Shown in pieces: positions 48,777 to 59,236 of a stretch of DNA of 64,000 nt. The position numbers and the translations under genes were made by a program. The stretch spans positions 384,001 through 448,000 of the forward strand of contig CAXXWS020000003.1 of assembly GCA_963665325.3 (NCBI GenBank). The letters are read 5' to 3'. The notes beneath the pieces are model-generated. The model had not been told where the DNA came from and searched no databases. It saw only the letters and a program-made list of their open reading frames with translations. Position 1 is the first letter of the stretch, and each line of letters starts with the position of its first letter. Origin of the DNA: Alphaproteobacteria bacterium (lineage in GTDB: Bacteria; Pseudomonadota; Alphaproteobacteria; Bin95).

Positions 48777-49406
48777 ATGAAAGCGACAATCTGTATCGCC
48801 GCCGCATCGATAAGCGTCCTGCTCGCCGCCTGCGGGCCGCAAGGCAAGGTCACGCAGGGACAAACGAGCGTCGGGTCGCGGACATACCTCACGGAGTGGC
48901 AGGAAATCGAGCCCGCGAAGCTGGTCGTGAACTTCAGCGACCTAGACGGCGCCGAGATCACCTGGGCGGAGCAGAAGATCAGGGACAACCATGTCATTCA
49001 CCAACGAGTGGACTTCGACGCTCGAGGCCGCATGACCGCAGAGTATCTGAGCGGCCCCAATTCGATCTTCACCGCGCGGGTAACGGAAAGATTCAACGAT
49101 GTGTCGAAGGCTCTGGCGGACATGAAACACTTCCTGAGGGGCTACACTGTGCATGAGCGCGACCTCGAAAGCGGACGCATCCGCAGACATGGCAGCCGCG
49201 GGGGACTGGTCGCGAGTGCAACGCACAGCACGACAGGCGGAAGATGCGTGCTCGGCGTGTTGGCGTTCCTCAGCAACCACACAAAGAACAGGTCGACAGA
49301 TGAGCGTTACGACACGATCGTCCGGTTCCGGGACTGCTCGGGCAAGCGGTCGCTGTCGGAGACAGAGGACTTCCTGAACGGGCTCAGGATCGTTTCACGG
49401 ACCTAG
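48777..49406 (+). CDS. Hypothetical lipoprotein
   Basis: MK plus hydrophobic stretch plus LAAC lipobox; visibly lower GC than neighbours. Confidence 0.75.
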   Translation: MKATICIAAASISVLLAACGPQGKVTQGQTSVGSRTYLTEWQEIEPAKLVVNFSDLDGAEITWAEQKIRDNHVIHQRVDFDARGRMTAEYLSGPNSIFTARVTERFNDVSKALADMKHFLRGYTVHERDLESGRIRRHGSRGGLVASATHSTTGGRCVLGVLAFLSNHTKNRSTDERYDTIVRFRDCSGKRSLSETEDFLNGLRIVSRT

Positions 49407-49444
49407 AGCGGAACCCCCTCAGGCTGACACGGAAGTCCGGCCGT

Positions 49445-49556
49445 CCCTCGATACGCGGCTCCGCCGCTACTCGGGATGAGGGAGTTCTCAGAGTTCTGCC
49501 CTCGTCCTTTCCCTCACCCTGAGTAGCGCCCGCGCCAGCGGGCGCGTATCGAAGGG
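49445..49556. repeat. REP/BIME-like palindromic element (family copy 2, modules in reverse order)
   Basis: ccctcgatacgcggct..cgccgctactcgggatgaggg then ccctcaccctgagtagcg...gcgtatcgaaggg; near-identical to the modules at 13941-14050. Confidence 0.85.
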
Positions 49557-49617
49557 CGGCAGCCTCATGTTCCAAAACGGTCGGATACCGCTCTAGCACC
49601 GTCCCTCTCCGCCGCGC

Positions 49618-50850
49618 TCAGACCGGTCTCGGGCTGAATCCGAGGCTGCGGGAGCGCAGGTGCAGCATGGCAATCAGCATGAAATTCATCGCGTTGAAGG
49701 CCGCGCCCGAAAGGAAGGCCGGCGCATAGGAACCGGTCACGTCGAATATGTATCCGGCAAGCGTGCCGCCGATGGCCATGCCGGCGCCCGCGAACATGTA
49801 TTGCGCGCCGACCCGCCAGCCGATCTCGGAGGCCGGGAACCACAGCCTGAGCAGCAGCGGGTAGCAGGGCATGATGCCGGCGAAGCCGAGCCCGAACATG
49901 AGCGCGGCGACATAGAGCCCCGTCAGGCTCTCGACCATGGCGAACACGATCATCATGACGAACTGGCACATGGACCCGATCAGCAGGGTCGGCGCCGCGC
50001 CGATCCGGTCCGACAGCATGCCGTAGACGATCCGGCTGAAAAAGCCGGCGACCATGAGCACCGACAGGATTTCCGCCCCGCGCTCCTCCGCATAGCCGAG
50101 ATCGGAGGTATGGGACACCAGATGGACGATGGGCATGGCCATCGCCCCGCAACACCCGATCACGGCGATCCAGAGCGCGCCCTGCACCATTTCCGGGGGC
50201 CAATCCAGCACCTTGCCGCCGCGGGACGCCGCCAGACGGACCGGTCCCGGCGGCGGAACCGGCGGTTTCGGGCGGATCAGCCAGCAGAGCGGCAGCATGG
50301 TCACCGCTGCGAAGACGGCGTAGTAGAGATAGGTTTCCCGCCAGCCGACCGCCCGTTCGAGATGGCCGAAGACCGTCGGCCAGACGGCGCCGGCCAGCCC
50401 CTGCCCCGACGCGATGATGGCGATGGCGAGCCCGCGCCGCCTGTCGAACCAGCGGGTCGCATTGGCAACCAGCGGCGCGATCATCGCCGCCTTGCCGAGC
50501 AGGCCGATCAGGAGGCCGTTGGCGAGCCAGAGCCCCCACCGGCCCTCCGACTGGCTCGCGACGAGGCTGCCGACACAGATCATCACGGAGCCGAACAGGA
50601 TCGGCTGGAGGATGCCGCGCTTGTCCATCCACCAGCCCATCGCGACGCCGCCGATCCCGGTGCCGACCATGAGTACCGAATAGGCGAAGGAAGGCACCCA
50701 GCGCTCGCCGCCGAACTCGGCGGCAATGGGCTTGAGCGCCACGAACAGGAATGTCGGCGCGCCGAGCGCGATGCCGTTCAGGATGAGCGACGCCCAGACG
50801 ACGACCCAGCCGTAACGGACCTCGACGCTGGAAGACTGGTAGTCGGACAT
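49618..50850 (-). CDS. MFS transporter (OFA/MCT-like)
   Basis: YGWVVV, WFDRRRGLA and GMLSDRIG; about 12 TM helices. Confidence 0.9.
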   Translation of the reverse strand: MSDYQSSSVEVRYGWVVVWASLILNGIALGAPTFLFVALKPIAAEFGGERWVPSFAYSVLMVGTGIGGVAMGWWMDKRGILQPILFGSVMICVGSLVASQSEGRWGLWLANGLLIGLLGKAAMIAPLVANATRWFDRRRGLAIAIIASGQGLAGAVWPTVFGHLERAVGWRETYLYYAVFAAVTMLPLCWLIRPKPPVPPPGPVRLAASRGGKVLDWPPEMVQGALWIAVIGCCGAMAMPIVHLVSHTSDLGYAEERGAEILSVLMVAGFFSRIVYGMLSDRIGAAPTLLIGSMCQFVMMIVFAMVESLTGLYVAALMFGLGFAGIMPCYPLLLRLWFPASEIGWRVGAQYMFAGAGMAIGGTLAGYIFDVTGSYAPAFLSGAAFNAMNFMLIAMLHLRSRSLGFSPRPV

Positions 50851-50977
50851 TAGGGCTGGGCGCTCCTGCGACTCCCGGATGGGCAGGGCCGCGGCGGGGC
50901 CTGCCGGCGGTCAGTCTTTCATCGAGACCGGACGTGTCTCCGGGAGACAGGGAATAGCCGGCGGCCGGGGACCGGCA

Positions 50978-51547
50978 TCAGGCCCGGCCGGCGAAGGAGG
51001 AGAGCATGGAGGCGTCCACGCCGAGCTTGGCGATGGCGCGCGACCATTTGGACTCGAGTGCGTCGTCGAACAGGATGGCGTCGTCGGCCGGGGCGGTGAG
51101 CCAGCCATTGTCCTGGATCTCGCCCTCGAGCTGCCCCGCCGCCCAGCCGGCATAGCCGAGCGCCAACAGGCGCTTCTCCGGACCGTGGCCGACAGCGATG
51201 GCCTTCAGCACATCGATCGTCGCTGTCAGGCGGATATCCTCCGACACGGTGAGCGAGCCCTCCCGGTCGTAATCGGCAGTGTGGAGCACGAAGCCGCGCC
51301 CGGTCTCGACCGGTCCGCCGGAGAGGATCGACATGTCGGCTTCGCTGTCCTCGACCCCCAGCTGCTCCAGCAGGTCCGTAAAGGAGAGCGATTCTAACGA
51401 TTTGTTGATGACGAGACCCATTGCGCCCTCATCGCTGTGGGCGCACATATAGATGACCGTGCGCTCGAAGCGCGGGTCGCTCATGCTGGGCATGGCGATC
51501 AGGAGTTGCCCGGTCAGCCAGCCGTCTTCGGAGCGATCTTGCGTCAT
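50978..51547 (-). CDS. YqgE/AlgH family protein
   Basis: GQLLIAMP, GAMGLVIN, GGPV and GYAGW..GQLE.E. Confidence 0.93.
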   Translation of the reverse strand: MTQDRSEDGWLTGQLLIAMPSMSDPRFERTVIYMCAHSDEGAMGLVINKSLESLSFTDLLEQLGVEDSEADMSILSGGPVETGRGFVLHTADYDREGSLTVSEDIRLTATIDVLKAIAVGHGPEKRLLALGYAGWAAGQLEGEIQDNGWLTAPADDAILFDDALESKWSRAIAKLGVDASMLSSFAGRA

Positions 51548-51624
51548 GGCGTCGAGTGTAGCACAGCGTAGGCGGGTGTGAAGGCGGGTGACAGCGCGAT
51601 GACAGGCAGCGAGCGGGGCGGCCG

Positions 51625-53646
51625 ATGGGCTTGACGAGCGCTGCCCGACTGCGGTTCCTCGCCTTGGCTCTGGCGGCTCTGGCGGCGCTGGCGGTCGCTT
51701 CGGAGGCGCGCGCCGCTGCATCGCCATGGGCGCGGACGCCGGAGGCCGCCGTGCGCCTCGTGTCGGCGAGCGAGGCTGTCGGGAGCCTGGACCGTCTGCG
51801 CCTCGGACTCGAATTCGAACTGGCGCCCGGGTGGAAGACCTATTGGCGCAGCCCCGGCGACGGGGGCCTGCCGCCGGCGCTCGACTGGGCCGGAAGCGGC
51901 AATCTCGGCGAGGCCAGCCTCTACTGGCCGGCGCCGGCGCGCTTCACCATTCTCGGCATCGACAGCGTCGGCTACGAGGACCGTGTGCTCCTGCCCATGG
52001 ATGTGCGGGTTCCCGAGCCGGGTGAACCGGTGCAGGCCCGGCTCCGGGTGGACTATCTTACCTGCTCCGACATCTGCGTGCCGCAAAGCGCCGACCTCGC
52101 ACTGGCCCTGCCTGCCGGCCCGGCGCAGCCTTCGGCGGAGGCATTCGCCATCGATCGCTGGCGGGGCCGCGCGCCCCGGCCGGAACCGGTGGCCGGCCGG
52201 GCGGAGCTGGTCGGGACGGGAGACGCGGCGGTCCTCCGTGTAGCCCTGCCGGGCATCGAGGCGGAGGACATCTTCGTCGAAGCGGGGAACTTCGCCGCTT
52301 TCGGCCGGCCGTCGCCGGTCGCAGGCGGGCTCGCAGTGCCGGTGGCCTATGCGAAGGGCGGGCCGGAGGCGCTGATCGGCCGCGAGCTGGTGGCGACCGT
52401 CACGGGCGGCGGCGAGGCTGTGGAGCAACGCCTGCGGGTGGCCCCGGCCGGCGAGGCGGCGGGCTACGGCATCGCGATAATCCTGGCGCTTGCGCTTGCG
52501 GGCGGCGTCATCCTCAACCTCATGCCCTGCGTCCTGCCGGTGCTCGGCATCAAGCTCATGCATTTCGCAGGTCTCGGCGGGGCCGGCCGGGGCCGGGCGC
52601 GGGCGGAGTTCCTGGCCGTTGCCGGCGGCATCCTGTTTTCGTTCTGGCTTCTGGCCGGAGCGGCGGTTGCGGCGACCCAGGCCGGAATGGCGGTCGGCTG
52701 GGGCGTCCAGTTCCAGCAGCCGGTCTTCCTCGCGGCGATGTTGTTCCTGCTGCTCCTGTTCGCAGCCAATCTGTGGGGCTTTTTCGAGATTCCGGCGCCG
52801 CGCTTTGCGGGCGGGCTCCGGGGCGGGCCGTTCCTCACCGGCATGTTCGCGACGTTGTTGGCGACCCCCTGTTCGGCGCCCTTCGTGGGCACCGCGGTCG
52901 GTTTCGCGCTTACGCGGGGACCGTTGGAAATTGCGCTCATCTTCACGGCGCTCGGCCTCGGCCTCGCCCTGCCCTATCTCGCAGTGGCCGCCCTGCCGGG
53001 CGTGGCGGCGGCGCTGCCGAAGCCCGGCCGCTGGACGGTGTGGCTGCGCTTCGTCCTGGGGCTGGCGCTGGCGGGCACGGCGGTGTGGCTGCTGACCGTG
53101 CTGGCGGCGCAACTCGGCTGGGCGGCGGCCGCGACGGCCCTGGCGGCAGCAGCGCTGCCTGCCGCCCTCCTTGCCGCCTGGGCGAGGCGGGGCGGGCGCA
53201 TCCTTGCAGGCGGAGCTGCGCTGGCGGCCGCGGCCGGTCTTGCAGCGGTGCTGGTCCTGCCGGCCTCCATGGAGCCGGCGGCGCCGGGCGGCCGCTGGCA
53301 CGCGTTCGAGGAAGCCCGGATCGGGCCGCTGGTGTCGGAAGGCCGGACGGTTTTCGTCGATGTGACGGCCGACTGGTGCATCACCTGCAAGTTCAACAAG
53401 GCGGCCGTGCTGGACCGAGGCACGGTCGCGGCCCGTCTCACCGGGGATGTGGTGGCGATGCGCGCCGACTGGACCCGCCCGGACGCCGCCATTTCAGCCT
53501 ATCTCGCCCGCTTCGCCCGCTACGGCATCCCCTTCAACGCGGTATACGGCCCGGGCGCGCCCGCCGGGGTTCCACTGCCGGAATTGCTGACCGAAGGCGC
53601 CGTGCTGGAAGCGCTGGACGAGGCCGGTCGGAGATCGGGCGAATAG
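51625..53646 (+). CDS. DsbD/ScsB-family protein-disulfide reductase
   Basis: GWKTYWRSPG, CSDIC, LNLMPCVLP, ATPCSAP and WCITC thioredoxin domain. Confidence 0.92.
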   Translation: MGLTSAARLRFLALALAALAALAVASEARAAASPWARTPEAAVRLVSASEAVGSLDRLRLGLEFELAPGWKTYWRSPGDGGLPPALDWAGSGNLGEASLYWPAPARFTILGIDSVGYEDRVLLPMDVRVPEPGEPVQARLRVDYLTCSDICVPQSADLALALPAGPAQPSAEAFAIDRWRGRAPRPEPVAGRAELVGTGDAAVLRVALPGIEAEDIFVEAGNFAAFGRPSPVAGGLAVPVAYAKGGPEALIGRELVATVTGGGEAVEQRLRVAPAGEAAGYGIAIILALALAGGVILNLMPCVLPVLGIKLMHFAGLGGAGRGRARAEFLAVAGGILFSFWLLAGAAVAATQAGMAVGWGVQFQQPVFLAAMLFLLLLFAANLWGFFEIPAPRFAGGLRGGPFLTGMFATLLATPCSAPFVGTAVGFALTRGPLEIALIFTALGLGLALPYLAVAALPGVAAALPKPGRWTVWLRFVLGLALAGTAVWLLTVLAAQLGWAAAATALAAAALPAALLAAWARRGGRILAGGAALAAAAGLAAVLVLPASMEPAAPGGRWHAFEEARIGPLVSEGRTVFVDVTADWCITCKFNKAAVLDRGTVAARLTGDVVAMRADWTRPDAAISAYLARFARYGIPFNAVYGPGAPAGVPLPELLTEGAVLEALDEAGRRSGE

Positions 53647-53733
53647 GCAGGGGTTTCTTGCAGGGCAGCCATTGGCGTTGTAACCCTCGCGCGATCGTGC
53701 CGGAGCGTTCCTCCGGCCGGCCGGAGACGAAGG

Positions 53734-54426
53734 ATGGCAGTCAGCCGCAACGATCTGGAGACCATTCGCCAGCTTCCCCTGTTCCAGGGGCTGGCGCCGG
53801 ACGCGCTTCGATCTCTGGTCGGCGGTGCGGAGGTCCTCGCCTACTCGAAACGGACCGCGATCTTCGAGCAGGGCCAGCGGGTCACCCATTTTTTCGCTGT
53901 GCTCTCCGGGTGGGTGAAGCTGTTTCGCCTGCGCCCGGACGGAACGGAAGTGATCATCGAGGTTTTCGGCCCCGGCGAATCCTTTGCCGAAGGCGCGATC
54001 TGCATGGAGGAGGGCTATCCGGTTTCCGCCGAGCTGGTGGAGGACGGCAGGCTGCTGGCCGTGCCCGTTGCGGATTACATAGAGCGGTTGCGGGAGGATC
54101 CGGAACTGGTCGTGAGGACCTTCGCCTCGCTCGCGGTGAACCTGAAGCGCCTGGTCTCCCGGATCGAGACCGGCAGCAGCCTCAACTCTTCGCAGCGGGT
54201 GGGTGCCTTCCTGCTGCACTTCTGCCCGTCCCCGAGGCCGGACGGCGGCGCTGTCGATGTGCGCCTGCCCTATGACAAGAAGCTGATCGCAAACCGGCTC
54301 GGCATGAAACCGGAAACCTTTTCGAGAGCGCTGGCCAGCCTCAGAAAGCACGGGGTCGCCGTCCGGGGCGGCAGCGCGCGTATCGCCGACCTGGCGGATC
54401 TCCGCCGGCACGTCTCTCCCGAGTAG
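53734..54426 (+). CDS. Crp/Fnr family transcriptional regulator (no N-terminal Fe-S cysteines)
   Basis: cNMP-type domain GPGESFAE and HTH IANRLGMKPETFSRAL. Confidence 0.92.
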   Translation: MAVSRNDLETIRQLPLFQGLAPDALRSLVGGAEVLAYSKRTAIFEQGQRVTHFFAVLSGWVKLFRLRPDGTEVIIEVFGPGESFAEGAICMEEGYPVSAELVEDGRLLAVPVADYIERLREDPELVVRTFASLAVNLKRLVSRIETGSSLNSSQRVGAFLLHFCPSPRPDGGAVDVRLPYDKKLIANRLGMKPETFSRALASLRKHGVAVRGGSARIADLADLRRHVSPE

Positions 54427-54472
54427 CCGGAGCGCGAGTGTTGCCCGCCAATCGAAACCAGGGAGCCGCATA

Positions 54473-55702
54473 GTGGCCGCCACCATCGACTACGACGCCC
54501 TGCTGGCGCCGGACCTGCCGCCGCCCGCGCCCCGCTGGAAGGGGTTCGCGCCCTATAATTTCATCGGCGGCAATGTCGATGCGGCGAGCATGCCGGTCGA
54601 GGACATGATTACGGCGACCGCAGCTGCACTGCGCCGCGAAGGAACGACGCTTGCGACCTACGGAATGGAGAGCGGCCCGCTCGGCTACCGCCCGCTGCGC
54701 GAGTTCGTGGCGTCCAAGCTCCGGAAACGCAGCGGCCTCGCGGTCTCGCCTGACAATGTCCTCATCACCTCGGGCTCGAACCAGGGGCTGGACCTCGTCA
54801 ACCAGATTTTCCTGCGCCCGGGCGACACGGTGCTGGTCGAGCAGTTCAGCTATGGCAGCGCGCTCGCCCGTCTGCGCAAGCTCGGCGCGACGCCGGTGGG
54901 AATCCCGCTCGACGGCGACGGCATGCGCATGGACCGCCTCGCGGAAAAGCTGGCCGGGCTCGCCTCCGAGGGCGTGAAGCCGAAATTCATCTATGTCATT
55001 CCGACGATCCAGAACCCCGGCGGCAGCATCATGCCCGAGGCGCGCCGCGCGGAGCTTCTGGAACTTTCGGCGGAATACGGCGTGCCGATCTTCGAGGACG
55101 AGTGCTACGCAGACCTTCTGTGGGCGAACGAGCGCCCCCCCGCCATCGCGGCGATGGACGAGGGCAACCGGGTCATCCATTGCGGCTCGTTCTCGAAGAC
55201 GATCGCGCCGGCGCTGCGCGTCGGATACATAGTTGCGGAGCTCGCGCTGATCGCCCGGATGGTCGCCTGCAAGACAGATGGCGGCACCGGTGCGCTCGAG
55301 CAGATAATGCTGGCGGAATACTGCCGCACACGCTTCGACAACCATGTCGATCGCGTAACAGTTCTGCTCAAGGAAAAGCTCGACGCCATGACCGGGGCGC
55401 TGGAGGAGCATTTCGGCACGGCTGCCGAATTCGTGCCGCCGGAAGGGGGTATCTTCCTCTGGATTTCCTTGCCCGACGCTGTGGATGCAATGAAGCTGTC
55501 AGCCGCGTCCGCCGCCAGCGGCATCGCCATCAATCCCGGCCCGGAATGGTCCGCCGACGCCGAACCCGCCCGTTCGCGCATCCGGCTCTGTTTCGGCAAC
55601 CCGACTGTCGACGAAATCCGCGACGGCGTGAAGAAGCTGGCCGAAATCTGCCACCGGGAGTTCGGGATTCCGCTCCGGAGCGGCAATATCGAGCGGGCGT
55701 GA
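54473..55702 (+). CDS. PLP-dependent aminotransferase class I/II (MocR/LysN-like)
   Basis: IPTIQNPGG, EDECY and GSFSKTIAPALRVG. Confidence 0.92.
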   Translation: MAATIDYDALLAPDLPPPAPRWKGFAPYNFIGGNVDAASMPVEDMITATAAALRREGTTLATYGMESGPLGYRPLREFVASKLRKRSGLAVSPDNVLITSGSNQGLDLVNQIFLRPGDTVLVEQFSYGSALARLRKLGATPVGIPLDGDGMRMDRLAEKLAGLASEGVKPKFIYVIPTIQNPGGSIMPEARRAELLELSAEYGVPIFEDECYADLLWANERPPAIAAMDEGNRVIHCGSFSKTIAPALRVGYIVAELALIARMVACKTDGGTGALEQIMLAEYCRTRFDNHVDRVTVLLKEKLDAMTGALEEHFGTAAEFVPPEGGIFLWISLPDAVDAMKLSAASAASGIAINPGPEWSADAEPARSRIRLCFGNPTVDEIRDGVKKLAEICHREFGIPLRSGNIERA

Positions 55703-55748
55703 CCGGGCCGGTTGCGCGGCGGTCCGGGGCTGCCGCATGCTTTCCGGC

Positions 55749-57050
55749 ATGAGCGAAGCGCCGGAATTTCCGCCGGGCCCGGACCGCCCCCTGCCCGAGG
55801 CGACCGAGGTCGTCGTCATCGGCGGCGGCGTGGTCGGCGTCACCGCCGCGCTCACACTCGCGGAATGGGGCGTGCCGGCCGTGCTCTGCGAGAAGGGTCG
55901 GATCGCGGGCGAGCAGTCCTCCCGCAACTGGGGGTGGATCCGCGTCCAGGGGCGCGATGTGCGCGAAATTCCCCTGATGCTGGAATCGCAGGCGCTGTGG
56001 CGCCGTTTCGGGGAACGGAGCAACGTCGATTTCGGCCTCCGCCAGGGCGGTATCGCCCATCTGGCGGAAGATGAGGAAGAGCTTGCCGGACGCCAGGCCT
56101 GGCTCGCCTCCGCGCGACCCTTCCAGCTCTCCTCGCGGATGCTCACTTCCGCCGAGGCCGGCGAGCGGATCGGACAGGACGGAACGCGTTTCGCCGGTGG
56201 GCTGCTGACGCCGACCGACATGCATGCCGAGCCCGCCCTCGCGGTTCCGGCGCTCGCGCGCCTTGCCGCCGAGGCCGGCGCGGCGATCTTCGAGCGGACG
56301 GCCGTGCGCTCCCTGGAGCGTTCCGGCGGTCGAGTTACGGGGGTTGTCACCGAGCACGGGGCCGTCGCCTGCCGCGCGGTCATCCTGGCGGGCGGCGCCT
56401 GGTGCCGGCCGTTCCTGGAAAACATGGGCCATTCCCTGCCGCAACTCGCCGTGCGCGCGCAGGCGCTGCGGACCGCGCCCGCGCAGCCGATTGCGCCGGG
56501 GCCGGTCGGGACGCGTGCGGCGTCGGTGCGCCCGCGTCTGGATGGCGGCTATACCGTCGGACGCGCAGGAACGGCGCGCTTCGACCTGATCCCCGCCGCC
56601 TTCGCCCATTTCCGGGCCTTCCTGCCGCTGCTCCGGGAGAGCTGGCGGGCGACGCAGATCCGGTTCGGCCCCGAGTTCTTCGGTGCGCTCGGCCGGCGGC
56701 GCTGGCGCGCCGACCAGTTCAGTCCGATGGAACAGGCCCGCATGCTCGACCCCGCCCCGGACAGGAAGATGTCTGTCGCTCTCCTGCGCGCGGCCGGGCG
56801 GGTCTATCCGCAACTCCGGGATGTGCCGGCGGTCGAGGACTGGGGCGGGATGATCGACGTCACACCCGACGAGGTCCCGTTGATCGGGCCGGTGGCGGGC
56901 GTGGAGGGGCTGACGCTGGCGTCGGGGCTCTCCGGCCACGGTTTCGGCTTCGGGCCGGGCGCGGGCCTGCTCGCGGCCCAACTCGCCACCGGGCGCGAGC
57001 CCGCCGCCGACCCGACCCCCTTCGCAACCGACCGCTTCGACCGGCCGTGA
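55749..57050 (+). CDS. FAD-dependent oxidoreductase, DadA/D-amino acid oxidase family
   Basis: VIGGGVVG, GEQSSRNWGW, IDVTPD and SGHGFGFGP. Confidence 0.92.
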   Translation: MSEAPEFPPGPDRPLPEATEVVVIGGGVVGVTAALTLAEWGVPAVLCEKGRIAGEQSSRNWGWIRVQGRDVREIPLMLESQALWRRFGERSNVDFGLRQGGIAHLAEDEEELAGRQAWLASARPFQLSSRMLTSAEAGERIGQDGTRFAGGLLTPTDMHAEPALAVPALARLAAEAGAAIFERTAVRSLERSGGRVTGVVTEHGAVACRAVILAGGAWCRPFLENMGHSLPQLAVRAQALRTAPAQPIAPGPVGTRAASVRPRLDGGYTVGRAGTARFDLIPAAFAHFRAFLPLLRESWRATQIRFGPEFFGALGRRRWRADQFSPMEQARMLDPAPDRKMSVALLRAAGRVYPQLRDVPAVEDWGGMIDVTPDEVPLIGPVAGVEGLTLASGLSGHGFGFGPGAGLLAAQLATGREPAADPTPFATDRFDRP

Positions 57051-57082
57051 TGGCGGGAAAACACAGAGCGGGGCCATAGCCC

Positions 57083-58297
57083 GTGACCCATACCGCCGCT
57101 GCCCGCTTCATGCTGGCGACCTGCTTCCTGGTGCTGTTGTTCAATGGCGGCGCCCGCTTCGCCATCGGCCTGCTGCTTGAGCCGATGACCGAAGACCTCG
57201 AATGGAGCCGCAGCGCCGTCTCCCTCAACGTCACCCTGTTCATGGTGCTGTCCGCCTGCGCCATGTTCCTCGTCGGCCGCCTTGTGGACCGCGCGGGCGC
57301 CGTCGTCGTGCTGGGCGCGGCCGTGCTCGTCTCGGCAGCCGGGCTCGCGTCGATGAGCTTCGTCGAGCATCCCTGGCAGGCGCTCCTGCTTTACGGCGTG
57401 GTGTTCGCGCTCGGCAGCGCCGGCACCTCGATCACGCCTATCGGGGTGCTGCTCAGTCGCTGGTATCCGCAGCGGATGGGGATGGCCAACAGCATCGCGA
57501 TCTCCGGCATGGGACTCGGCCAGTTGCTGGTCATCTCGCTGCTCGCCGCGCAGCTTGCCGTGCTCGGCTGGCGCGGATCCTTCCTCGCGCTCGGGATCGT
57601 GACGCTGACATGCGTGCTGCCGCTCATGGTGCTGGCGCGGAGCGTCCCCGGCGCCGCGCGGGCCTCCGCGCCGGGCGGCGCGTCCCGCCCGGCCGCTTCG
57701 TCCGGGGGAGGGGCGGCCACCCTCCGCGAAGCCCTGTCTTCGCGCCGCCTGCAACTGCTTCTCGTCATCTATGCAATCTGCGGCTTCCAGGACTTCCTGG
57801 TTGCCACCCATGTCGTCGCCTTTGCGGTGGATGAGGGCGTCGGTCGCCTGCTCGCCGGCAATGTCCTGGCTTTCATGGGGCTGGCTGGCGTCGGCGGCGT
57901 GTTGCTGACCGGCGTGCTCAACGACCGCTGGGGTCCGGTCCTGCCGACCGCGGTCTGTTTCGTGCTGAGGACCCTGCTTTGTGCCGTTTTGCTGGTGAGC
58001 CGGGAGCCCGCCGTCATCGCCGGCGCGGCACTGCTCTTCGGCGCGACCTTCTGGGTCACCGCACCGCTCACCGTGGTTTTCGGCCGCGAGATTGCGGCCA
58101 TGTCCCTGCTCGGTACGGTGACCGGGCTCATCACCATGGTCCACCATTCGGCGGGCGGACTCGGCGCGCTCGTCGGCGGCACGATCTTCGATGCCCATGG
58201 GTCCTACGACGCGGCGTTCGTCCTCATGCTGGTGCTGTCCGTCGCCGCCCTCGTCCTCACCTTCGCCTTGCCGGCCCCTCCACGCCGGGGACCTTGA
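57083..58297 (+). CDS. MFS transporter
   Basis: GRLVDRAG and GVLNDRWG; about 12 TM helices. Confidence 0.9.
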   Translation: MTHTAAARFMLATCFLVLLFNGGARFAIGLLLEPMTEDLEWSRSAVSLNVTLFMVLSACAMFLVGRLVDRAGAVVVLGAAVLVSAAGLASMSFVEHPWQALLLYGVVFALGSAGTSITPIGVLLSRWYPQRMGMANSIAISGMGLGQLLVISLLAAQLAVLGWRGSFLALGIVTLTCVLPLMVLARSVPGAARASAPGGASRPAASSGGGAATLREALSSRRLQLLLVIYAICGFQDFLVATHVVAFAVDEGVGRLLAGNVLAFMGLAGVGGVLLTGVLNDRWGPVLPTAVCFVLRTLLCAVLLVSREPAVIAGAALLFGATFWVTAPLTVVFGREIAAMSLLGTVTGLITMVHHSAGGLGALVGGTIFDAHGSYDAAFVLMLVLSVAALVLTFALPAPPRRGP

Positions 58298-58351
58298 CCC
58301 CGGGCCGGCGCGGGGCGTCTAATCGGGATCGAGGCTGGAAGGAGGCGGTGC

Positions 58352-59236
58352 ATGGAACCGGTGCGCTATATCGACCGTACGCGCGACGACTACATTCGGC
58401 AGGGCTATGAGCAGGCCTATGAGTGGGCGCATTTCGAGGATGTGCCGTTCGCGCGGCTCGACAAGCCGCTTTCGGAATGCCGCGTCGGGCTGATCGGCAC
58501 CAGCGAGATCGCGGTGCGCTACGACCCGGAGACGGAAGAGAACCCCGTTGTCGAAGAGGATTTCCGGGGCGTCTATTCCTTCTCCGCCGACACGCCGACG
58601 GAGAAGCTTTACAGCCGCACCGCCTCGTTCGACCGCTTCGCCACCCATCTGGACGACGTCAACGCCTATTACCCGGTGGACCGCCTGCGCGAAGCCGTGG
58701 CGGACGGTCGGGTCGCCGGCATCCCGGACCGGCTCTACGGCTGCTACAACAATTACAGCAAGCGCAAGGTGATGACCGAGGAGGCGGCGAAGGCGCTCGC
58801 TTATTGCCGCGAGGACGGCATCGACGCGCTCCTCATGGTGCCTGTCTGACCCGTCTGCCATCAGACCGTGAGTCTGATAAGCAGGCATATCGAGGCGGCA
58901 GGCATCCCGACCGTAGTGATCGGGGCTGCACGCGACATCGTCGAGCATTGCGGCGTCGCCCGCTACGTCTTCACCGACTTCCCGCTCGGCAGCCCTTGCG
59001 GCGAGCCCTGGGATACGGACCAGCAGCGCATCATCTTCCAGATGGCGCTCGACCTGCTCGAGGAGGCAAAGGGCCCGCGCACCACCCGCGAGGCGGGTTT
59101 CCGCTGGACGGGCGGCGAGGACTGGAAGCGGCTCGTGTTCACCGCCGAACAGCCCTGGCAGGACGAGGCCACCCACGCCAAATGGATGGCGCGCAAGGAG
59201 GAATACCGCCAGCTCCGCGCGGCGGGCAAGGTATGA
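58352..59236 (+). CDS. Selenoprotein, GrdB/PrdB-like reductase family (294 aa, Sec at the in-frame UGA 58847-58849)
   Basis: ORFs 58352-58849 and 58868-59236 share a frame; read-through gives ALLMVPV-U-PVCHQTVSLISRHIEAAGIPTV; also LDKPLSECRVGLI, DDVNAYYPVDRL and TDFPLGSPCGEP. Confidence 0.88.
58853..58886 (+). promoter_or_regulatory. Bacterial SECIS-like hairpin
   Basis: Lower stem GUCUGC/GCAGGC, upper stem AUCAGAC/GUCUGAU, apical loop CGUGA beginning 17 nt after the UGA. Confidence 0.8.

Noticed and set aside
53650-53733. FNR/Dnr box upstream of the Crp/Fnr gene
   Set aside because: No TTGAT-N4-ATCAA-like palindrome found
58352-59236. Interpretation as two separate genes or a nonsense pseudogene
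   Set aside because: The stop is UGA exactly at a redox UxxC position, in frame, and followed by a SECIS-like hairpin; Sec read-through is more parsimonious
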